A stretch of 64,000 nucleotides of DNA, from NCBI GenBank assembly GCA_023213395.1, contig CM041465.1:130393741-130457740 (forward strand), read 5' to 3'. The translations under genes and the position numbers were made by a program. Positions 53,701 to 64,000 of the stretch are shown here, one piece after another (the stretch's first letter is position 1; each line of letters opens with the position of its first letter). Under the pieces are notes generated by a model, which worked only from the letters and a program-made list of their open reading frames with translations, searched no databases and was not told the DNA's origin. The DNA comes from Cycas panzhihuaensis (taxonomy: Eukaryota > Plantae > Cycadophyta).

Positions 53701-56700
53701 ACCAAGTCAGCTAAGGACACCTAGAAACTGCTGGCAGAAGTACAAGAAAAGGGACCTGAAGAAGTACAAAGGAGTATCAAAAGGACAAATAACCAAAGGA
53801 AGAAGTTGAAAAGGAAAGCTAAAAATCAGCTTGATTCTGGTAAGAACAATCCTCACCTAGATATTACGAAAGCAAATGAACGGGAGTCTGATAATCTTTG
53901 CCTGAGCCTCACCAAGATGACAAGAAACCTTACACCTGGGTTTGATAGAAAAATGGAAATTGAAGAACCTGAATTTCAACCTCTATAGGTAATTCTTCAT
54001 GGAAACACAAACACCCTGAACGAAGGTATGTGCAATATTGTCCTAGTTTGTATTGAAAGATTTGTAGCCAGGATTCAAATGAGGTTGAGATACACATCGA
54101 TATGCACATGTTGGAGACTATCTATGATTACACTCAATTCAGTCACATCTTCTATCTTCATCTTTGAAAGAATCCAAATAGTGGCAGCGTATCTTACAAC
54201 AACTCTAAAAGGCTCTTTTAAGGAAGGAAGGATCATAGGAAAGATACTATATGATCAAAATCTTGGTTGTGAAGATCATATTATATTTTGGATAGGCTAC
54301 TTGATCATAAGGTTCAATCATATTAAAGTAATGCTCCATTTTTGTATAACCATAATCAGGAAGTATGTACATGTAGTCATCATGGAAATACTCATTATAC
54401 TTGGTTCAAGGAATTTCCTGGGTGATATGGAGAAAACAGGGCATCTTGCTAGTCATGCACATGTAACTAAACAGGCTACAGGTAACTATGATGAAGCAAT
54501 TGAAACTCATCTTAATGAATTCATTGCTTCAGGGGAGGATGACGTTGTCTCACCACTTGATGACTTATTGTCATATTTGGATATTGGTGATATTGTCAAC
54601 TTATCTAATTGTTGACATTTATTTGTTTGATTGCTCACATGCTAAAGAAAGTGGAAGCAAACAGGCAGTAACTAGAATTCTGGTGGAAAATATATTTGAT
54701 GTACAACCTAAAGATACCTTTGATAAGTACATGCAGAAACACTTGATAGGTCCTCACCAAGCACAAGTCAGCTCAAGCTTGATCTACTACACATTTTGTG
54801 TAATAAAAGGTTCCCAATTGTGCATGAAGACAAAGTTCAAGAACTGTCACTCTAAAGGACTACTCCAAAGGCGACATTGCAGGATTAAAGACCAAGATCA
54901 AGTCCAAGACATTGTATTCAAAATTTTTCCAAGATCAAGACGATGTACATTAAAAAAAAAATGCAAAGTACATGTTGATCAAATTAGAGTCCATTGGAGG
55001 TCATTTTTAATGTCCTAAGTCCATTGTCAAGTGTCATGTTAGTCTTTAATATTCAGTCACTTTTTGTAGTCTTGACATTAAACATTAAGGGGAGGTGTTA
55101 GAATATAATGTTTAATGTTGTGTAGGGTTAAGTAAAGTGTGTCCTAGGATTAATAGTCATAGTCCTAAGTCTTAGAGTCCAAGAGTCATTATAATATTGT
55201 GTGAGAAGATAGAAGCTTATTGGTCAAGTTAGTTGATGTAATGTCATTGGTCAGGACAAAGGTATTTGTCCCACATGCATTACTTGTCTTATGTGTCCTC
55301 CCACCTCTTTTGTATATAAAGGTGGTTGAGTTAGTATATGTCATCAAGTTATCATGGAGACTCATATTCAGTCTATGATGCATTAGTGTTATGATTATGT
55401 TAATTGAATGCAGGTTATACTTTGGTTATCAATCTTGTAGTTGTATTTGAAGTTAGATGCCCTCCATGTTAAAATTTAACAATTTGGACCATTAACAATC
55501 TTGCTTATATATATAAATGTATAGGTTTATGCATTGTATTGATTAGATTCATTCTTAATGAATGAAGAAAAGATTTTAAGATAGACCAATTCTACCTAAA
55601 AACTATCTTGTTATTTGTGCATTGGTTCCATTTGATCTTATCCCAATTGTTTTTATTTGGTATCAGGGCAATTATCATGGGTTTTTGATTAAATTTTCAA
55701 CCAGTGGTTTATGGAACCAATCGATGACCAGGTGGGTGGTGTAAATACCAGGTATGTTGTGTGATCAAGGGCACTTAGGGCATTTGTCTAGTGAGATATG
55801 AATCAAAATTTTTTGGCTCCTTTGTTAATAATTGGGCAAGTTGCAATGTTATGGTCACTATATTGAGTGACTTGAGAAGCTTTTTCAATCAATGGAAGGT
55901 CAATGACTATTAATTAAGCATTGTAAATAGTGCATATTTAAAGTTTCTATTTGACGACCATTTCTCTCTATGTTTCAGAACACTGCAGTGTGTTTTCTAT
56001 GCATCTGGTGATGTGCCTTTGTGGTGGAAGTATTTAGATAGGATTGTACCATCTGTGCCAAAATTTGATTGCTATAGATCATAAGAAGTCAAGGAAGGGC
56101 ACTTCATCTTTAAAAATTAGAGGTCATTCTATCAATTTACCCCTTATTGTATTCTATAGTATCCCACATAGTAGTTGTTTCAGATGGTTTCATATGTAAC
56201 AACTGTCCAAGTGAGATTAGACTCTTTGTTTCAGAAGAATAATTTAGTACATAGCCATCTGATTTAGACTATTGACTTTTTTCTTTTTTTATTTTTTTGT
56301 ATTTGATCCTTTATAGGTATGTAGAATTTGTTTGGGCATTAGATCGAAGTAATTTGGTGACTATACAACGGTCTAGAGTTGCATTGTATCTGTGAGTTGT
56401 TATACATACATATTGAGATTGCAGGGTGGAGTCGAGCAATGAAAGAAGGCGCCGTTGTCATGAATAGCCTCTACATGCGAAGATATTAGCAGTCTACAAA
56501 CTATTTTTCCACATAACTAAGAGGCCAAAATGGAGGATACACCATCACACACCAAGCCACCAACACCCAACGAAAAAATGAAGGGAGAAGATTGAACGAC
56601 GAGCCTTATGATGTTGAATCAAATCAATTGATTCAAGATCGTCCAAGTTGTTTTATAATGCTAGATTGCATTAAACCCTTTTCAATTGTGTTTTGAAGTT

Positions 56701-59242
56701 TGGTTTTTAGCCCCTAAGTGTGTTATCCCCTAGTCACATAGAACATAGGGTGCTAAGTGATTTTTTGGTCTAGTGAAAATCCCAGTGTAGATTTTGAAAG
56801 TACATTTGTATTGCACTTTTTCATGCTCTTTTTTTTTTAAGTGTGTCCATATGATGTTTTTCCAACTCCCTGTGTGGTGTTCGAGGAATTTTGTGTTTTG
56901 CTAGTGCTCTGCATAGCGACCGAGGACTCTACAGTTGAAATTTTTAATAAAATACTATGTGTTGTGCCAGGGCTATTAACACTCATTTTTTTGTATAATT
57001 TTGTGTTATTTTTCACATTAGTTATGGGTGGACATCTATTTTCCTATTCCAATAAGCTATCCCAAAAGACATGCTATCACTCCAACAAACTAGGTCATTT
57101 TAAGAGTAATTGTAGGTTGTTACAGGCTAGTTAGCAGTAGCACAAGGGTAGTCAGTAGAATGTGGTCGGTTAGCAGAATATGGGAATTTCTCAAATATGG
57201 TACATCGACTCAAGTGCTTCTAGGCACATGACTGGCAGATTTGAATGGTTCGGGAAGTAACTGGGTATACTGTAACTCTAGGAGACAACAAAGTCTTAGA
57301 TGCTAAGGGCATAGGGAAGGTCCCATTCATAGCACTAGATGATGAAGATTACCACATCAATAATGCGATGCATGTAGTAGGACTGAAGAAGAATCTAATT
57401 TTAGTTAGTCAAATTGAAGACAACAATATGAGTGTTTTCTTCAAGGATGGGAAGGCCACTATTAGTGATTGTGAAGGGAAACAATCACAGAAAGTATTAG
57501 GAAAGGTGGTCTTTATAGACTTTTGGTAAATCTGTAACCCAAAGAGCATTGACTGTAGATGCATTGAGCAAAATTCATTTGTGGCATGAGAGATTGGGGC
57601 ATTTACACTTTCCTATCCTACATTTGATACATAAGTTGAATATGGTGCATGGTCTCCCAAAGTTCAAAGCAAAAAAATGCATTATTGAACCCTATATTTT
57701 TGAGAAACAATATAGGAAAAAGTTTGCAAAAGGCAAGCCTTCGAGGGCGACTAAAAGGCTAACCCTAATCCACTCAAATATCTTTGGTCCTATGCCAACC
57801 ACTTTGCTCAAAGGTGCAAAATATTTCTTGACTTTCATTGATGATTTTTTGAGAAAGGTTTGGGTGTATCCCATAAAGGAGAAGTCCTAAGCATTTGACA
57901 TCTTAAAAGAATTTAAGGTGAAGGGGGAAAACAAAAGTGGTCAAAGGGTGAAAATACTTAGATCAGGTAATGGGGGAGACTACACCTCCAATGCCTTTGT
58001 CCAATTCTATAAGGACCATGGAATTAAGAAGAAATTGATGACAACATACACACAGGATGAACAGGACATTGGTAAAAAAGGCCAAGTCGATGATGAATGT
58101 GAAGAAACTCTCAGACATTTTTTGGGTTGAAGTTGTTTATATAGCAACGTACCTGACCAACAATAGTGCTACCAAAGTTGTTTGGGATGTAACACTTAAA
58201 GAAGTATGGTCAAGACGAAAACCTACAGTAATCCATCTAAAAATCTTTAGAAGCATGATGTATATGCATGTTCCCAAAGAGAAACAAAAAATATTTGATG
58301 ACAAAAGTTCCAAGTGCATCTTGATGTGATACAATAAGTAAAGAAAAACATGTCGGCCAGGGAGGTACACACAACTCAGGACATCATCTTCGAAGAGGTT
58401 GATAAACAGGTCATAGATCAAGATCTGGACTTGGACACTTTGAAGATTTGTCAAGACAAAGGGAAATAGATCAAGGAACAACTTGAATGTAGTAATTCGA
58501 GATAACAAATTGTTGAACCAAAAACTAACCCAAAGCAGGAAGAAGAAGATGAAGAGGAGTATGAAGACACCTAGGAATCTTAGCCAGAAATGCAACCTGT
58601 GCTCGCTTCACTTGCCAAGAAATTTTCCAAATAGTATTTGAAAACCATTGTAGAAGCTCAATTGCCCAAGATAGAAGGAAAATACAAGTTGAGGATGAGA
58701 CCTAATATGATCAATTTTGCTTTGATATCAAATGTTAAAGAGCCTTCAAGTTTCGAGGAGGCTTGTTAGAAATAGAAGTGGAGAACAACAATGGGTGCTA
58801 AAATTTATGATGTTGAGTAGAACAAAACTTGGGACTTGGTTTGTTTGCTAGCAGGTTAGCAAGAGATAAATTTGATAAATTTAAATTTTGCATCAGCATT
58901 AAAGCCAATGATATGACCATTAAGGGAGAGTGTTAGAATTAATGTTCATATAGAACAAATTTGTAATAGTGAGCAGTCAAGTCATCATTAGCTTGATGAC
59001 GTGTGTCATAGGAGTTACAAGAGTCTTAAATGGACTTGTGATATGTCTTAAGGTGGTTATGAGTTTTTATTTGGACTATTCTCGATCTCGCTTGTATATA
59101 TAGGTGTATAGGTTTATGCATTGTATTGATTAAACTCATTTTTAATGAATGAAGAAAAGATTTTAACATAGACCAATTCTACCTAAAACCTATTTTGTTA
59201 TTTGTGCATTGGTTCCATTTGATCCTATCCCATTTGTTTTTG
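50749..59242 (+). mobile_element. Deleted copia element I (5' LTR 50749-50892 plus 55487-55655; 3' LTR 58931-59242)
   Basis: TSD CTAAC (50744-50748, 59243-59247), PBS TGGTATCAGGGC at 55658, PPT AAGGGAGAG. Zinc knuckle, PR and INT remnants at 57050-58400. RT/RH are mostly deleted at ~58860. Confidence 0.88.
50893..55481 (+). mobile_element. Non-autonomous TR-GAG-like element J (LTRs 50893-51276 and 55096-55481), inserted in the LTR of I
   Basis: TSD ATTTA/ATTTG, perfect PBS TGGTATCAGAGC, PPT AAGGGGAGG. Copia gag N-terminus (GTNFRIWKIKMECIFRAKKLW) at 53401-53724. No INT or RT. Confidence 0.92.
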
Positions 59243-59251
59243 CTAACATGT

Positions 59252-61652
59252 TGTTATAAGCCAAGCTAATGTAGTATTGTTATTGGATGTGTTGATTAGT
59301 TGTGTCTCACCAATGTGACTATCATAATGCACATATATATAGATCATCAATTTTGTATGAGGACATTAGATATCATTTCTTAATTCATAGTTTTTAGACA
59401 ATTTTATCAAGAGCTTGCTTTTGGAGATTGGCCCCCTTTGATCAACCAAGCACTCTAAATACAAGTGGTTGTTCGTAAGGAACACCAATGCAATTTTTTT
59501 CATGAAATCTATCTTTCGACTTCATAGGTTTTTGAAAGTCATTGTTAGCAATTGTGATTCAAAAATTACGAGTAATTTTTGGAAGGAGTTATTTAAGCAA
59601 GTAGGTACAACCTTGATAGTGAGTGTGACCTACCACTCGCAAATTGATGGTCAGATTAAGGTAGTAAATAAATGTTTAGAAGGATATTTGCGTACATTTG
59701 CTTTTGAAAAACCCAACCCATGGCATTAGTGGCTTCACTTAGCAAAATGATGGGATAATACAACCTTCCATGCACCCATTAAAATGGCCCCTATTACAAT
59801 ATTTTATGGATATGACCCTCCCTCCTTGTAGCAATATACTTTGTTTTACAATAAAGTTCTAGTAGCACGAGACTTCCTCCAATAATTGTAGAAGCCCATA
59901 CAAGTTCTCAAGGAATGATTGGAATCTGTTCATACTAAAATGAAATTCCAAGAAGATCAACATTGATTTGACCAGGAATTTTAGGAAGGAGATCAGGTTT
60001 ACATTAAACTCCAATATTACAAACAAGAATCTTTCAAGAATTCGGTTAAAAGGAAACTAGCTCCCAAATTCTATGGACCTTATCAAATTTAGCAGAAAGT
60101 TGGTGAAGATGCTTACACATTAGATTTACCTAACAAAGGAAGGGTTCACAATGTTTTTCACGTGTCGTGTTTTAAGCGGAAGATAGGGGATGAAATACCA
60201 CAACAAATGGAAATACTGGAAACAAATGATGAAGGAAAACTAATCTTAATTCTAGAAGAAATTTTAGATACACATATAAAAAATTTATGCTTGATACAAA
60301 TCACAGAATATTTGGTTAAATGGAAAAACCTACCACTTGAGGATGCTCCTTAGGAATCTAGTGAATTTTCCAACATTATCTAGCTTTGGAGATGCTTCAA
60401 GGGCAAAGTATTTTAAGGAGGGGAGTATTATTATAAGTCAAGCTAATTAATTAGTATTGTTATTAGGTGTGTTGATTAGTTGAGTCTCTTCAATGTAACC
60501 CATCGAATCCCAACTTATATATCAAAATGGTTGGTCTTGATATTTTGATTATAACATTATGTGTTGATGATCTATTGTACATAGGAAACAATTAGTGACT
60601 ACTTCAATGCCATATTTTCTTTCGAATTTTAATGGTATATAAATTATTTTACATCCTATTTTGTTTTTTTATGTTTTGGGGATTTGAGATGATTATACCA
60701 TATCATGAAATAAAACATAAATAAGTAAAACATATAATGTGTGCTAGGTAGGGTATTATGAAGCACCATTTTACAACTGTTCTATAACTAATAAGTTATG
60801 TTTCATTTGTGTGAATACCTATACTTATAGGGATGGGATTATCTTTCGTGGTAAACAATGTGGAATGTTTGGGAGTGGATCTTTTGGATATATAATCTGA
60901 TTTGGGAGTAGAGTTACAGGAACAACCGGGTGATAAAGTTTTAATGTTGGACAAAGATTGAAAGAAATTGGGTGCTCACAAGAAATTTGACTACTTATGG
61001 CCAGGACCATACTAGATCATTGAAGCAATTGAGCTATCATGGGCAAAAGTCCATCCAAGAACTATCTTAGAGTTTATTGACATGGATGGATGATGTTTGT
61101 GATAACTGATTTGTTCTCTTGTGACATGGCACTATGTTTGGACGGATTCTTTTATTACCATCTAAGAAGGATGGCTCTTATAGAATGTGTGTAGACTATA
61201 GACCACTAAATAAGTCCTCCATAAAAAAATAGTTTATAATTTCACACAACAATGATCTATCAGACGAGTTAGATGGGGCCTAGGTTTTTTACCAAGGATG
61301 ACCTAAGATCTGTGTATTACCACAACACACTAAAATATTGAAAATAAGTGATGAAGGAAAACTAATCTCAATTCCAGAGGTAATTTTATATACACGTATA
61401 AAAAATTTACACTCAAGACAAATCACAGAATATTTGGTTAAATGGAAAAACCTACCACTCGAGGATGCTTCTTGGGAATCTAGTGAATTTTACCAATGTT
61501 GTCCAACTTTGGAGATGCTTTGAGGGCAAAGCATTTTAAGGAGGCAAGTATTGTTATAAGCCAAGCTAATGAAGTAGTATTGTTATATTGTGTGTTGATT
61601 AGTTGTATCTCTTTAATATAGCTATCATAATATACATATATCTATCTATCTA

Positions 61653-61699
<47 letters not shown>

Positions 61700-61843
61700 T
61701 CAATTTTGTATGAGGTCATCAAATATCATTTCTTAATTCATAGTCTTTAAACCCTTTTATCAAGAGCTTTCATCTTGGAGATTGACCCCCTCTAATCAAT
61801 TGAGCACTCCAAATACAAGTGGTTATCTATAAGAAACACCACA
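59252..61843 (+). mobile_element. Rearranged chromovirus derivative K with three LTR segments (59252-~59487, ~60428-60505 partial, 61552-61843)
   Basis: Perfect TSD CATGT (59247-59251, 61844-61848). INT C-terminus, two chromodomains (EYLVKWKNLPLEDA(S)WE) and an RT fragment (KKDGSYRMCVDYRPLNK). Confidence 0.88.
61635..61697. repeat. (TATC)n(TA)n microsatellite within the 3' LTR of K
   Basis: Read directly; the 5' LTR has only a short TATATATA at this position. Confidence 0.95.
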
Positions 61844-62394
61844 CATGTAAAGTACAAATTTCCACTAACCTAACCTTGTAGGAAGAAAGAAAACTAGTGG
61901 CACAACTTTAGTCCAAATTTGTAAGATGCAGGAAATAGAGGGGAAATTTTGGCTCAAGGAACAAAATTATAGTAGGTCATAGAAAGAGATTTTTTATAGC
62001 TAGGTTGATTGAAACCTAGAAATAGATACATGTTTCCTATATAATGTGATTTTGGAAATGGTAGTTCTAAAATTTCTCAAAAATTAGGAAACAAAAAAGT
62101 AGGGATTAAAAGGTATTATGAAACATATAATTTCAAGACAATTACCCACCCATCAAATTCTTGTTAACTTAATAGAACCCATACCTTGATACTAGGTAAT
62201 TCATACTTTAATAACATAAACAAGAATGACAAAAGCAATGAAACTTGAGCTAATCATCAAAATCTACACCTTCATCATCACCATCATCAATATTGCCTAT
62301 ATTATTCTCATTTGAAAAATAGGATTCGTCCTAGCTATAGGAATATGATGGTCATTGTCAAACTAGAAGGCTCTTTGAGACAAGAAGCAAGTGC

Positions 62395-62760
62395 ACATAT
62401 CAGGGACGTCAAATTCAAACTAGCAAAAGTTGATGTGGACATGCCCAAATTGCTCTATTTTGCCTTCATATATCAAAACTATTAGGCCCTCTATGGTACT
62501 CTTTGTAATAGAGAAGGTGAAGATTTTGAGTGTATACTTTATATTTCACCTTCTTCGAAGCCATCTTGTTTTCTTTTATTGAGTGAATGAGGATGTGAGA
62601 TGTCAAATTCAAATTAGTAGAGGCTAGCAAGGACATGTTCAATTTGCTCTCTTCGGTATTCATATAGCAATACCATTAAGATCTTGCATAGCATGCTTTG
62701 CAATAGAGAAGGGGAATGCTCAAATGAATGTACACAATATATTTTGCCCTTTCAAAGTGA
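62395..62760. repeat. Diverged ~195-bp tandem duplication
   Basis: GTCAAATTCAAA...GGACATG..CAA.TTGCTCT...CTTTG.AATAGAGAAGG occurs twice. Confidence 0.7.
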
Positions 62761-62935
62761 AGGTGTATTTGATTTGATTCCTCTCTAGGAAAGGAAAACC
62801 TTGGCAAATTTACTATTGCACCTTCCTAGTGCTAGTTACCGACTGCTTTCCATAGACACTGACCATTTCTATGGCTCCAAATGGCCTCTATAGCTTCTCT
62901 ATCCAATCCTACCCCTAGGTTTCCAATACACATAA

Positions 62936-63085
62936 GGATATCCTACAATTCTGCAGTTAGAGGGGTTCTTGCATTTAGCAATCAAAGGGGTTCCTACAAC
63001 TCTTCAATAAGAGGGGTTCCCTTATTTCAACAATTAGAGAGGTTCTTGCAACTCAATAGCTAGAGGGTTCTTGTTGTTGCAACCT
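62936..63085 (+). repeat. ~26-bp minisatellite, about 6 degenerate copies
   Basis: Recurring AGAGGGGTTC(C/T)T(A/G)CAA units. Confidence 0.8.
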
Positions 63086-64000
63086 TTCTAATGATGGACA
63101 AAGAGACTTTAGAACCCTACAAATGTCACCATGAAATGCTCTCAAAGCGTATAATCACCCTAGAAATAGCAATAGGAGAAAATCCCTCCATTCAACCTAA
63201 AATGACAACCCTTAAATAAGAGTTTTTAACCTTGAAAATGGTATTACAACACATCAAAGTAGAGAACACTCGTCTTCAACAAGCCCTCAATTTCTTAAAA
63301 GTAGAGATTGAGAATCTTAAGATGATTTAAAGGGAAGAGACAACAAATAAAACAATGGAGCACCTTAGAATCCTACATGATACAATCTAGTAGGAACTAT
63401 TGACCAAGCACACAGCATTAGAATAAAAAGTAAACATGCACCAATCTTGTGTCTAGTTGTTAAAGGAAAGAAACCCCCACCCATCATTGAAACTGCAATA
63501 CAAACAACTTTTGATGAGGTAATGCCTTAACCTTAGAGTTTGAGGCTTGTCAAAGGTTGAAGATCCTACATCAAGTAGAAAATTTTATTTCCAATGCCTT
63601 AAAGTTGAGTATTCACCCCAAATCAACAAGATATTTTTGGGATTCCATGCTTTTGATTAAATTTAAAAGTTCAATGGACAAATTGCAAATCCTATAGCTT
63701 TGTAAGCTTCTTTATTCTCTTCCCGAGAAAATTTGTCTTGATGAAGACTGTAGTTAGATGCAATAGAAAGAGTTAAACAAAGTAAGAGAGCAAATCATAA
63801 TATTTCATAAAGTACGTAAATGGGCTATAGTATGAGATGACCAAGCATGGATAAGAGATTTCCCTTTTGATGTTTTGAAAGGAGAGTGGTCTAAATCAAC
63901 TTGACACCAGTAAGACTCAAGAGAACTTCATTCACGTCTCCTATTATAACTACAATGGCATAATATGGTCCCCCCTAAAAATAGTCAAGACATGGTGAAT

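Noticed and set aside
56447-56460. AGGCGCCGTTGTCA, resembling a tRNA-Asp PBS
   Set aside because: Not preceded by an LTR end (CA) or any recognisable LTR.
1-61843. Any retroelement ORF as a functional gene, or programmed stop readthrough
   Set aside because: All polyproteins carry multiple stops and frameshifts. Most are TGG/CAG/CGA to stop transitions at different positions in sister copies, as expected from methylcytosine deamination.

Overview
This is AT-rich eukaryotic DNA made almost entirely of nested, decayed LTR retrotransposons. It looks like a large-genome land plant, plausibly a gymnosperm or fern; that is an inference from the plant-type tRNA-iMet and tRNA-Asp primer-binding sites, a plant LRR remnant and a chromovirus. 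About 17 elements or fragments can be resolved from LTR pairs, primer-binding sites (PBS), polypurine tracts (PPT) and 5-bp target-site duplications (TSDs). They are Ty1/copia elements, chromodomain-bearing Ty3/gypsy elements, Athila/Tat-like gypsy LTRs and several non-autonomous derivatives (TRIM-, TR-GAG- and LARD-like). One minus-strand non-autonomous element (9941-43996, TSD ATATA) encloses 34 kb, with nesting four layers deep. No intact retroelement polyprotein remains. The only host-like coding signals are an LRR pseudogene fragment (~9400-9770, minus) and a 56-nt candidate exon with strong splice sites (49994-50049), which suggests the window lies in TE-expanded introns. The most notable pattern is a family-specific, covarying inverted repeat (CATTA...TAATG core) that encloses the PPT and LTR start in all 12 copia-type 3' ends. 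All coordinates were read by eye and may be off by a few bases.
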